From Aciduliprofundum boonei T469 (GTDB taxonomy: Archaea; Thermoplasmatota; Thermoplasmata; Thermoplasmatales; Aciduliprofundaceae), in contig NC_013926.1 of NCBI RefSeq assembly GCF_000025665.1, positions 930,001 to 962,000 of the forward strand: DNA of 32,000 bases, in the 5' to 3' direction. Shown here piece after piece: positions 16,382 through 25,186 of this stretch. Under the pieces are notes generated by a model. That model was not told where the DNA came from. It did not search any database and worked only from the letters and a program-made list of their open reading frames with translations. Numbering within the stretch: the stretch's first letter is position 1; each line of letters opens with the position of its first letter. The position numbers were made by a program, and so were the translations under genes.

Positions 16382-18079
16382 ATGACCCTGAAGCTTATTA
16401 GAGGATACCCTGAATATATGCGTGAAAGTATTGAAATGGTTGAGAAAACTAGAGATCAAAGGATAAAGGAAAAGGAGAAGGAGAAGGAACTAGCACTCTC
16501 TGCAGAGGAAAGAAGAGAGGTTCTAAACAAGTTTCACCCAGATTACGCCCCCGGTGGAAAGAGGGAGCTGAAGGTAGGTGTAAATAAAGGAGAGATAGTG
16601 CCCAATGAAGTTGCAGACATTCTTGAGGCATGGCCTGCTTTAGATCCAGATGAGGTTGATTTGAACGATATCGATTATGATGTTGATATCCTTATAATAG
16701 GTGGTGGCGGCGCTGGAACTGTAGCTGCTCTCTGGGCTAACAACGAAGGGATATCTGCTGAAAACATACTTATAGCAACGAAGTTGAGGCATGGTGATGC
16801 CAATTCAATGATGGCTCAGGGTGGTATACAGGCTGCGGATAGGCCTTGGGATTCGCCCATTATTCATTACCTTGATGTTCTCGGCGGAGGTCACTTTGCT
16901 AACAAGCATGAGCTGGTTAAGGCGCTTACGGAAGATGCTCCAAAGATAATAAAATGGCATGAAGACTTAGGAGTGATGTATGATAAGGATGAGAAAGGTA
17001 ACTTCATTGAGCGCTGGGGTGGCGGAACCTCAAGAAAGAGATTACACTCTGCTAAAGATTATACAGGAATGGAGATTATGCGTGTTATAAGAGATGAAGC
17101 GAGAAACAGGGAAATACCAGTTTTAGAATTCAGTCCTGCTGTTGAGTTAATAACAACGGAAGATGGAGAGATTGGAGGAGCTATACTTTGGAATATGGAA
17201 ACCAAGGAGTACTATGTTGTGAGGGCTAAAGCAACGGTCCTAGCTACAGGTGGCTGGGGTAGATTGCATATCAGGGGATTCCCAACCACTAACCACTATG
17301 GCGCTACAGCGGATGGCTTGGTTATGGCCTATCGCGCTGGGGCGAGATTGAGAGATTTGGAATCTGTACAGTACCATCCTACCGGAGCTGCCTATCCTGA
17401 GCAGATTGTAGGATTGCTCATAACTGAAAAGGTTAGGGCCATGGGTGCTACCCCCGTGAATAAATACGGCGAAAGATTTGTATTCCCACTAGAGCCCAGA
17501 GATGTAGAGGCAGCAATGTTCATTAGAGAATGCTTTGGCAAAGGTAACTGCGTGCAAACTCCTACTGGAATGCGCGGAATATGGCTTGACTCGCCTATGA
17601 TTGAAGAATTGCAAGGAGAAGGGGCTATAAGAAAGAATTTAGATGCTATGTACCGTATGTACAAGAGATTCGGAATAGATATGACTAAGGATCCAATATT
17701 GGTGTTCCCAACTCTGCACTATCAGAACGGAGGAGTTGAAATCAACGCGGATGCTCAGGTCCTTAAGGGCGATGGTACGCCATATCCAAGATTCTTTGCA
17801 GGTGGAGAAGTTGAGGGTGGAGTGCATGGAAAGAACCGCCTTATGGGTAATTCGCTCTTGGATTACAATGTGTTTGGTAGGAGAGCAGGAATCTCTGCTG
17901 CAAAGGTTGCTCGTAACTCTGGTAAGCCTGGAAAGCTGAGTTTGAGGCATGTGAAGATATACTCGGAAGAAGTAAAGAAGATAAACGTGCCATTGTCGAG
18001 AAGGTCTCCTATCCTTCTTCCCGATTATAGGGGAAAGAGAGTGTTGGCCAGGAAGATAGATCTTCCTGTATTACAATGA
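16382..18079 (+). CDS. Fumarate reductase / succinate dehydrogenase-family flavoprotein (soluble TfrA-like), with an N-terminal extension of about 100 aa
   Basis: Start set at ATG 16382, just after the upstream stop and a GGAGAGG SD. Motifs present are ILIIGGGGAG, QYHPTG, ITEKVRAMG (catalytic Arg), HYQNGGVEI and GGEVEGGVHGKNRLMGNSLLD. Asn sits at the position of the covalent-FAD His (ANSMMAQGG). Confidence 0.85.
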   Translation: MTLKLIRGYPEYMRESIEMVEKTRDQRIKEKEKEKELALSAEERREVLNKFHPDYAPGGKRELKVGVNKGEIVPNEVADILEAWPALDPDEVDLNDIDYDVDILIIGGGGAGTVAALWANNEGISAENILIATKLRHGDANSMMAQGGIQAADRPWDSPIIHYLDVLGGGHFANKHELVKALTEDAPKIIKWHEDLGVMYDKDEKGNFIERWGGGTSRKRLHSAKDYTGMEIMRVIRDEARNREIPVLEFSPAVELITTEDGEIGGAILWNMETKEYYVVRAKATVLATGGWGRLHIRGFPTTNHYGATADGLVMAYRAGARLRDLESVQYHPTGAAYPEQIVGLLITEKVRAMGATPVNKYGERFVFPLEPRDVEAAMFIRECFGKGNCVQTPTGMRGIWLDSPMIEELQGEGAIRKNLDAMYRMYKRFGIDMTKDPILVFPTLHYQNGGVEINADAQVLKGDGTPYPRFFAGGEVEGGVHGKNRLMGNSLLDYNVFGRRAGISAAKVARNSGKPGKLSLRHVKIYSEEVKKINVPLSRRSPILLPDYRGKRVLARKIDLPVLQ

Positions 18080-18089
18080 GGTGCTTAGA

Positions 18090-18863
18090 ATGAGAATAAT
18101 GTTACATGGTTGGGATACCTCCCATAGATTGGGCGTACCTGAAATCTGCGATTCAATGACCTCAATAGTCAAGAAGATGGGGCATGAGTATGTCCCCAAT
18201 GAAAGTAAGGTTATCTGCGCAGAAGCTATAGGTTTTTTGGGCTATGATAACCTAACTGATGATTTTGCAAAAGCAACAGTCAAAGAGATTGAAGAGAAGG
18301 TAAGCAAATATGACATAGACATGATTCTCACTGCTTATGCAGCACCATATGCTGCATGGAGCAAAGAGCGTGAGGGTTTCCTCGTTAAAAGGGGCTATGA
18401 ACTTCCAGTGCCAATTGAGCATATTGCCACCTTCTTATATAAGAATCTGGATAAGTTAAAATTCAAAGAGCTTGATATGGCAGTGCTAATGCATGATGGA
18501 TGCACTCTAGGGCGCAAGATGCGTGTTGCTGAGGAGCCAAGGAAGGTACTTGAGAAGATTCCCAAGTTGAAGTATGTGAATTTTGACCATCCTGAGTTGT
18601 ATGTGAAAGAGAGAGAGCTTAAGCCATGGGATATATCCGCTTGTCCCGGTGGCTGGTTAGATTTTACCCTGCCAGAATTAATGCCCTATGTAGCTAGCAA
18701 TGTCATTCGGGAGTACGCTTTGCCGAGAGAAGTGGATGTCATTGTTACCACCTGTGGAAATGGATACCATGCCTTCAAAGCGGGAATAAAGCATGGGGAA
18801 TTTGACATCAAAGCTATGGCTTATCCAATGCTCATAGATATGGCTCTGGAGGGGGTGCAGTAA
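18090..18863 (+). CDS. Degenerate CCG-domain protein (LutA/HdrB/GlpC-like)
   Basis: By-eye alignment to LutA/YkgE: HDGCTLGRKMRVAEEPRKVLEKI aligns with HPSCSLARKLGVKDEPLTLLKNV, ACPGGW with TCCGFGG, and TTCGNGYH with VSCLLNISG. The N-terminal CCG repeat has lost its cysteines. ATG 18090 lies 6 nt after GAGGTG; the track start is GTG 18081. Confidence 0.6.
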   Translation: MRIMLHGWDTSHRLGVPEICDSMTSIVKKMGHEYVPNESKVICAEAIGFLGYDNLTDDFAKATVKEIEEKVSKYDIDMILTAYAAPYAAWSKEREGFLVKRGYELPVPIEHIATFLYKNLDKLKFKELDMAVLMHDGCTLGRKMRVAEEPRKVLEKIPKLKYVNFDHPELYVKERELKPWDISACPGGWLDFTLPELMPYVASNVIREYALPREVDVIVTTCGNGYHAFKAGIKHGEFDIKAMAYPMLIDMALEGVQ

Positions 18864-20144
18864 ATGATAGATGATGTGGTTAAAGAATACACAGAAAGGA
18901 TCATTGAGTATGGAGCGAAGAGCGAGAAAGTTCGTATTGCTTTATCCAGAGCAATTAAGGCTTTTGAGAACAATCGCAGAAATGCCTTGGGTATGTTTCC
19001 TCAAAGTATCGATACTGCTAAAGAAGTACGCAAGATTAAAGAGTACAGTATAGAGCATATGGATGAGTTGATAAAGAAGGCATGTGAGAGTATTGAGAGA
19101 AATCACGGGCATTGCTACTATGCTAAAACTAAGGAAGAGGCGTTGCAGATATTCAAAGATCTTGTTGGCAGTGGAAAATTAATAGTTAAGAGCAAGAGTC
19201 TTACCAGCGAGGAGATTCATCTTCGCGAATTCTTAGAGGAGTTGGGAAACGAAGTTTATGAAACTGATTTAGGTGAGTTCATTGTTCAGCTTATGGGCAC
19301 TAGACCCACTCATATCCTTGCACCTGCTATAAATGTTCCTAGGGAGGATGTAGCTAAAGTGCTTAGTAAGTTTATGAAGGAGAAGGGTATAATAGAAGAA
19401 GATTTAGATGAGCAGGATATACCAAAAATGGTTGAAACTGTGCGTAAGTTTCTGAGAGATAAGTATTTCAAGGCAGATATTGGAATTAATGGGGCGAATG
19501 CCCTAGCTGCAGATACTGGCACGATGTTTATCATTGAAAATGAGGGTAATGCTCGTCTTAGCATAGGTGCTCCTCCCGTTCAAATAGCTATAGTGGGTGT
19601 CGAGAAAATCGTGCCCACCATAGAGGATGCGTTTAAAGTTACGGAAGTTACATGGAGGTATGCCAATTACACAGTACCTGCCTATGTAAACTTAATATCT
19701 GGCCCTAGTAAAACAGGAGATATTGAGAAGGTCATAACTTACGGGGCTCATGGACCTAAAGAGTTGCATGTAATTTTGCTAGATAATGGTCGCACGAAGA
19801 TGCACGAATCTGGATACAATGAAGCATTGTACTGCTTGCGCTGTGGTACCTGCCTCTATGAGTGTCCAATTTATGCCGTAACCGCGGGATTCTTTGGACA
19901 GCAGTACATGGGTGGCATAGGAGCGATATGGGATGCCTTCACAACCGTGGGCTTGGAAAAAGCAAGTCCAATTGCCTATACTTGTGTGCGCTGCGGAAAG
20001 TGCAAGGTAATGTGTCCTCTCAATATTGATATTCCAGATATGATTGCAAAGCTTCGTAACGATGCTCGCAAGCAGGGTTATGTGCCAAAGGTTGTTAGGG
20101 ATTTTGCTAAGGATATTGAAGAGTTTGTAAAGGAGCAAAAGTGA
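18864..20144 (+). CDS. LutB-like protein (LUD/DUF162 domain plus 2x[4Fe-4S])
   Basis: 426 aa. The N-terminal LUD-like region is followed by CLRCGTCLYECPIY and CVRCGKCKVMCPLNIDIP, and the start abuts the upstream stop (TAAATG). No lutC-like gene follows. Confidence 0.78.
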   Translation: MIDDVVKEYTERIIEYGAKSEKVRIALSRAIKAFENNRRNALGMFPQSIDTAKEVRKIKEYSIEHMDELIKKACESIERNHGHCYYAKTKEEALQIFKDLVGSGKLIVKSKSLTSEEIHLREFLEELGNEVYETDLGEFIVQLMGTRPTHILAPAINVPREDVAKVLSKFMKEKGIIEEDLDEQDIPKMVETVRKFLRDKYFKADIGINGANALAADTGTMFIIENEGNARLSIGAPPVQIAIVGVEKIVPTIEDAFKVTEVTWRYANYTVPAYVNLISGPSKTGDIEKVITYGAHGPKELHVILLDNGRTKMHESGYNEALYCLRCGTCLYECPIYAVTAGFFGQQYMGGIGAIWDAFTTVGLEKASPIAYTCVRCGKCKVMCPLNIDIPDMIAKLRNDARKQGYVPKVVRDFAKDIEEFVKEQK

Positions 20145-20191
20145 GGCGGAAAGTATAAGGTTGATTAAAACATGCGAGTATCGGTGATAAA

Positions 20192-21493
20192 ATGGGCAAC
20201 GATATTGGAGAAAAGGCAAAAAAAATGCACGAGTTCTACCGAGGCAAGATTCAAACTTTACCTAAAGTCCCTATCAAGGGCAGGGACGATTTAAGCATTT
20301 GGTACACTCCGGGAGTTGCTGAGCCCTGCAAAGAAATAAAAGAAGATCCCGAAAAGGTTTATACTTATACAAATAAGGGAAACACTGTTGCAGTTATAAG
20401 CGATGCAACACGCATACTTGGACTTGGGGATATAGGACCCCTTGCTGGATTGCCTGTTATGGAAGGTAAATCTCTACTGTTCAAGCATTTTGGAGGCGTG
20501 GATGCTGTACCAATTATGATCGATTCTAAAAATCCAGATAAGTTCATAGAGGTTGTGAAATTAATTGCTCCCACTTTTGGCGGCATAAACCTTGAGGATA
20601 TATCTTCCCCAAAATGCTTCTATATTCTTGATAGATTACGTAAGGAACTAGATATCCCTGTTTGGCACGATGATCAGCAGGGTACTGCCACGGTGGTACT
20701 TGCAGCAGTTTTAAATGCTCTTAAGATAGTAGGTAAGAAGTTGGAAGATGTGGTTATTGCATCTTTTGGAGCGGGTGCTGCAGGTTTTGCAGTATTAAAG
20801 CTATTAGTTGAGGCTGGTGCAGATCCCGGGAATATAAGAGTTGTGGAAATGGTAAATCGTGAGCCCACAGTGCTTCACCAGCATATGGATTTAGCTAGGC
20901 TCTTTCCATATAGGGGTTGTTTATTGCGGAAGACAAACAGAGACAATGTTATGGGCGGTCCAGATGAGGCTCTTAAAGATGCGGATATAATGATATCGTT
21001 TACTCGTCCTGGGCCAGGAGTGATAAAAAAAGAGTGGATTGCCAAGATGAATGATGATGCTATAGTGTTCCCTCTCGCCAATCCTGTGCCAGAAATATGG
21101 CCCGATGAGGCCAAAGAGGCAGGCGCTAGAATAGTGGGTACAGGGCGCTCGGACTTTCCAAATCAGATCAATAATTCCCTTGGATTTCCGGGTATATTTA
21201 GAGGTGCATTGGATGTGCGAGCCACCACAATAACTGATGGTATGGCCGTGGCAGCTGCACATGAGCTTGCTAAGGTTGGAGAAGAAGAGGGATTGAGTGA
21301 AGATAAGATCTTACCATCTATGGATGATTGGGATGTGTTTGCCAGAGAGGCTGCTACTGTGGCTGTTGCAGCATTGGAGGAGGGAGTTGGCAGGAAATAT
21401 ACCACATGGGATGAGGAGTATGAGTATGCAAGGGGATTGATTGAAAAGTCCCGCAACAGTTTAAAAGTCCTAATGGATAAAAAACTGATATGA
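20192..21493 (+). CDS. NAD(P)-dependent malic enzyme (oxaloacetate-decarboxylating malate dehydrogenase)
   Basis: 433 aa with WYTPGVAEPC, ISDATRILGLGDIGPLAGLPVMEGKSLLFK, GGINLEDISSPKCF and HDDQQGTA motifs. A GGTGAT SD lies 3 nt upstream. Confidence 0.9.
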   Translation: MGNDIGEKAKKMHEFYRGKIQTLPKVPIKGRDDLSIWYTPGVAEPCKEIKEDPEKVYTYTNKGNTVAVISDATRILGLGDIGPLAGLPVMEGKSLLFKHFGGVDAVPIMIDSKNPDKFIEVVKLIAPTFGGINLEDISSPKCFYILDRLRKELDIPVWHDDQQGTATVVLAAVLNALKIVGKKLEDVVIASFGAGAAGFAVLKLLVEAGADPGNIRVVEMVNREPTVLHQHMDLARLFPYRGCLLRKTNRDNVMGGPDEALKDADIMISFTRPGPGVIKKEWIAKMNDDAIVFPLANPVPEIWPDEAKEAGARIVGTGRSDFPNQINNSLGFPGIFRGALDVRATTITDGMAVAAAHELAKVGEEEGLSEDKILPSMDDWDVFAREAATVAVAALEEGVGRKYTTWDEEYEYARGLIEKSRNSLKVLMDKKLI

Positions 21494-21507
21494 AGGAGGA
21501 ATGAAAA

Positions 21508-22614
21508 ATGAATCTGTACGAATATCAAGGAAAAGCACTCTTTAGAAAATTTGGAGTGCCAACGCCTGAGGGCTATGTAGCCTTCAAGCCAGAGGATATC
21601 AAAGAGTTTGAGGGAGAAAGAGTGATAAAAGCGCAAGTTCTGACAGGCGGCAGGGGCAAGAGTGGAGGCGTGAAGTTTGCCTCCAGTTTAGAAGAGGCTC
21701 GAGAGCTTGCTCGACAGATACTTGCCATGGAGATCAAGGGCCACAAAGTACACGCAGTTCTCGTGGAGGAGAAGTTGAAGATTGAGAAAGAGTTCTATGT
21801 TAGTATATTGATAGATAGAAGTACTAGAAGCCCGCTCATAATGGCATCTCCTGAGGGAGGTGTAGAGATAGAGAGTGTACCTGATGAGAAGATTTACAAG
21901 TTCGTTGTAAATCCTGAGATTGGTGTACAGCCATTTGTGGGTAGATTGCTCTCTAAGAAAATGGGCTTTACTGGAGATCTGGCCAAGCAATTCACCAAGA
22001 TTCTAATGAATCTCTACCACATGTTCCGCGAGTACGATGCAGAGCTGGTTGAAATCAATCCCCTCGTTCTGAGCGAGGGAAAGTTAATTGCTGCGGACTC
22101 TAAGGTGGTAATAGATACAGACTCCCTATACAGGCACAAGGACCTTGAGGAGAACGCAGAGGAGAAAACTCCGCTGGAATTAGAGGCAAACAAAGCGGGA
22201 TATGCTTTCGTTGAATTAGATGGTAATGTGGGAGTCATAGCCAACGGTGCAGGATTAACCATGGCCACGCTGGATACTTTGCTTTTATATGGGCTGAAGC
22301 CCAGAAACTTCTTGGATTTGGGCGGCACAGATAGCGTGGATATAACAAAGAACGCTTTCACTTATGTGCTTAAAGCAAATCCTGATGCGATTCTAGTTAA
22401 CATATTCGGTGGCGTTACGAAATGCGACACCGTTGCACAGGGTATAATAGCGGCTAAAGATGCTTTCAATATCAACTTGCCCATAGTTGTGCGCTTGAGC
22501 GGCGTGCATGAAGAAGAAGGCCGCAAGATGCTTGAAGAAAAGGGCATACATGCATTTGCAGATATGCGCCATGCTATTGAGAAGCTTAAATCTATTATGG
22601 AGGGATCGCAATGA
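21508..22614 (+). CDS. sucC: Succinyl-CoA synthetase (ADP-forming) beta subunit
   Basis: 368 aa. It starts MNLYEYQGKALFRKFGVPTP, has an ATP-grasp pattern (GGRGKSGGVKF), and an AGGAGG SD lies upstream. Confidence 0.9.
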   Translation: MNLYEYQGKALFRKFGVPTPEGYVAFKPEDIKEFEGERVIKAQVLTGGRGKSGGVKFASSLEEARELARQILAMEIKGHKVHAVLVEEKLKIEKEFYVSILIDRSTRSPLIMASPEGGVEIESVPDEKIYKFVVNPEIGVQPFVGRLLSKKMGFTGDLAKQFTKILMNLYHMFREYDAELVEINPLVLSEGKLIAADSKVVIDTDSLYRHKDLEENAEEKTPLELEANKAGYAFVELDGNVGVIANGAGLTMATLDTLLLYGLKPRNFLDLGGTDSVDITKNAFTYVLKANPDAILVNIFGGVTKCDTVAQGIIAAKDAFNINLPIVVRLSGVHEEEGRKMLEEKGIHAFADMRHAIEKLKSIMEGSQ

Positions 22615-23477
22615 GCGTTATAATTGATGAAAATACGAAAATAATCGTTCAGGGTATAACCGGACATCAGGGCTCGTTCCACAGCGGTGAGATGATTAAG
22701 TTCGGTGCAAAGGTTGTAGCAGGCGTAACTCCTGGAAAAGGGGGTATGAAGGTTCACAATGTTCCTGTTTATGATACTGTTGAAGAGACATTGGTGCATG
22801 AGCCTGAAGCAACAATGATCACTGTGCCTGCACCTTTTGTGAAAGACGCTGCATTTGAAGCCATGTACAATGGAATACGAGTTGTGTATATTCTCACTGA
22901 GAAAGTACCTCTTCATGATGCTTTAGATATCGTTACCTATGCGAGAAGCCACGGACATATGGTCATTGGCCCAAACGGCCCGGGGATAACCGTGCCGGGA
23001 AAGACAAAGATGGGCATAATGCCAAACCACATATTCAAGAAGGGCACCGTGGCTGTAGCGTCTCGCAGTGGAACATTGACCTATGAGATCGTGAATGCTC
23101 TCACCCTCAACGGCTATGGGCAAAGTACTGTTATTGGCTTAGGTGGTGATAGAATTACCGGGCTGAATTTTGTGGATATCCTGGAACTATTTGAAAAGGA
23201 TGAAGATACAGAGGCTATAGTGCTCGTAGGAGAGATAGGAGGCACTGCGGAAGAGGAAGCAGCCGAATACATAAAGAAGAATGTAAGCAAACCCGTGGTC
23301 GCTTACATAGCAGGCCGCTCTGCACCTCCTGGCAAGAGAATGGGGCATGCGGGTGCTATAATTACAAGAGGAAAGGGTACTGCAGAGAGCAAGATAAAGG
23401 CGTTTAACGAGGCGGGAGTTCCCGTGGCCGAGTTCCCTTGGGAGATACCTCAAGCTTTAAAGAAAGTTTACAAATAA
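22611..23477 (+). CDS. sucD: Succinyl-CoA synthetase alpha subunit
   Basis: 288 aa with [23 protein letters not shown] and the phospho-histidine loop MGHAGAII. It has an ATGA overlap with sucC. Confidence 0.92.
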   Translation: MSVIIDENTKIIVQGITGHQGSFHSGEMIKFGAKVVAGVTPGKGGMKVHNVPVYDTVEETLVHEPEATMITVPAPFVKDAAFEAMYNGIRVVYILTEKVPLHDALDIVTYARSHGHMVIGPNGPGITVPGKTKMGIMPNHIFKKGTVAVASRSGTLTYEIVNALTLNGYGQSTVIGLGGDRITGLNFVDILELFEKDEDTEAIVLVGEIGGTAEEEAAEYIKKNVSKPVVAYIAGRSAPPGKRMGHAGAIITRGKGTAESKIKAFNEAGVPVAEFPWEIPQALKKVYK

Positions 23478-23492
23478 TTTTTCTTTATTTTT
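23478..23492 (+). terminator. Oligo-T tract after sucD (likely end of the long plus-strand unit)
   Basis: tttttctttattttt lies immediately after the sucD stop, followed by AT-rich promoter-like sequence. Confidence 0.35.
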
Positions 23493-23528
23493 GGAAAATT
23501 TTTTTATACGATATTTTATATGGTTTAA

Positions 23529-25121
23529 ATGGAGAGGGCTAGAATGAGATTTAGATTTTCGGGCATAGCTTTTGCCCTGTTGGTTACCCTGCTATTTTTA
23601 CAAGGGGCCGTACAGGGAGGAGGGTCTATTATGGGAGATTCGAATGTGGAAGTGTTGAGCGGCACTATGATTTACTCTACTTCTCACACAGTGGATCGTA
23701 TTGCGGTATATGGCAATACAGCAGCGTGGGTTGAGTGGAATCCAGATAATCCTGATATCAAAGGCTATAAGGATGGAAGTATAGTGACATTTGCAAGCAG
23801 TGCTGACATAGAGAGAAGGGTATCCGTTGGAGACATTGTTGTATGGGAAGACTATGCACCAGGTGTAGATAGTGGAAATATAATGTCTTCTGAGGGATTA
23901 GTGTATTCAGGAAATAGCCCACAATATCCAGATGTCTACGGGTACAATGTCGTGTTTGTGGATAATGGAAAAATAATGGCGAAAATTGATGGAAATTTGA
24001 AAGTTATTGACGATATGGGCAGGGATTATATAGAGCCCAGAATATCCTCTAACTACATAGTGTATGGAAACTATATCTACAAGATCAGCACGGGACAAAA
24101 ATGGACTTTTGATCATAGTAATAAATTTATACGTATGGGCTCGGATGTATCTGGTGATTGGGTAATTGCATTTGGCAGAAACAATTTTGGAAATAGCATA
24201 TATATAGATGCTTTCAACTTGTATAACGGTGCCTATTTTAGAGTGTGGTATCAATATGTCGGACAATACACATACTTTGATTCTGTGGGCATTGATGGAA
24301 ACTTGATTTACTGGAGCTGTGATGGTATTGGGTATGTGTATGACTTGGTAAGCATGAAGCTCACAAGCTATTCAGTCGGTGAGGGTTCCTTGGATTCTCT
24401 GGTGATTGGCGGAGGAAAGATGCTCTGGGGCATTGTGAAAGATGATGGCTCCTACGAGATTTATATGGGAGATGCACCCAGCACACCGCAAAATTACATA
24501 GAAGTCACACTATTTAACAGTGGAGGAATTGATGCGAGCATTGTAACTCTATTGATAAAAGATTCAAACGGAAATATGCTAGGTTATGATGCCAATTACA
24601 AGCATTATAAGAGTATACCCAACGCTGTGATACTCATAGAAGGTGGTACTTACTCTTACCGCCTGTTTGGCTCTGGCTATACCTATTCTGTTATTGGCTC
24701 CGATGGTGGAAAGTACAGCTTGAAGATAAGGCATTTTGGAAATGCGAGAGCTTTTGAGCTGGATGTAGAAGCCCTGAATATAACGATATCTAAGAACGAA
24801 GTGCATCAATACATAGTGGATTGGGGTAAGCTAGCAGATAAGGTTAAGGGTGCAGTGCAGGTGAGCATTGATAAGGATGGAGATGGAACTTTTGAGAGTA
24901 ATTTCAAGCTCTCCACAGGAACAATAACAGATACGCTCTTTGGCTCAGGAGGCAATAACGGAAACAGCAACGGAGGAAATGGCGGAAGCGGAACTACAGA
25001 AAGCTCAGAACCTTTCGAGCTCAGTTTCAACATTGGAGGAACTCTGTGCCTAGCCATGGGTGCTTTAATATTCCTAGTTTTCATTGCATTAATAGTGCGC
25101 TTGGCAAGGAGAAGGAGATAA
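23529..25121 (+). CDS. Secreted or cell-surface protein: signal peptide, beta-propeller-like repeats, Gly/Asn/Ser linker, C-terminal TM anchor
   Basis: The N-terminus MRFRFSGIAFALLVTLLFLQGAVQG looks like a signal peptide. Hydrophobic-aromatic blades recur (IAVYGNTAAWVEW, VGDIVVWEDY, NYIVYGNYIY, GDWVIAFG, GNLIYWS, GKMLWG). The GSGGNNGNSNGGNGGSG linker is followed by LCLAMGALIFLVFIALIV plus RLARRRR. The true start may be ATG 23544, which would be leaderless about 26 nt after the TATA-like atattttatatgg. Confidence 0.7.
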   Translation: MERARMRFRFSGIAFALLVTLLFLQGAVQGGGSIMGDSNVEVLSGTMIYSTSHTVDRIAVYGNTAAWVEWNPDNPDIKGYKDGSIVTFASSADIERRVSVGDIVVWEDYAPGVDSGNIMSSEGLVYSGNSPQYPDVYGYNVVFVDNGKIMAKIDGNLKVIDDMGRDYIEPRISSNYIVYGNYIYKISTGQKWTFDHSNKFIRMGSDVSGDWVIAFGRNNFGNSIYIDAFNLYNGAYFRVWYQYVGQYTYFDSVGIDGNLIYWSCDGIGYVYDLVSMKLTSYSVGEGSLDSLVIGGGKMLWGIVKDDGSYEIYMGDAPSTPQNYIEVTLFNSGGIDASIVTLLIKDSNGNMLGYDANYKHYKSIPNAVILIEGGTYSYRLFGSGYTYSVIGSDGGKYSLKIRHFGNARAFELDVEALNITISKNEVHQYIVDWGKLADKVKGAVQVSIDKDGDGTFESNFKLSTGTITDTLFGSGGNNGNSNGGNGGSGTTESSEPFELSFNIGGTLCLAMGALIFLVFIALIVRLARRRR

Positions 25122-25186
25122 CTCCTTTCCCATTTTTTTGATGATAGCATTAATGTACGAGTAAACGATTTGTAATAGAGATCACA

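Noticed and set aside
21163-22916. Antisense ORFs of 157 aa (21163..21636) and 184 aa (22362..22916) spanning gene junctions
   Set aside because: They sit opposite the well-supported malic enzyme, sucC and sucD genes and have no independent signals, so they are treated as spurious.
21508-23477. Reinterpreting sucCD as citryl-CoA synthetase (a Hydrogenobacter-type citrate cleavage system)
   Set aside because: The sequences show ordinary SucC/SucD motifs and lengths, and no citryl-CoA-synthetase-specific feature could be identified by eye. A possible functional link to citEF is kept only as a speculative note under the citD finding.
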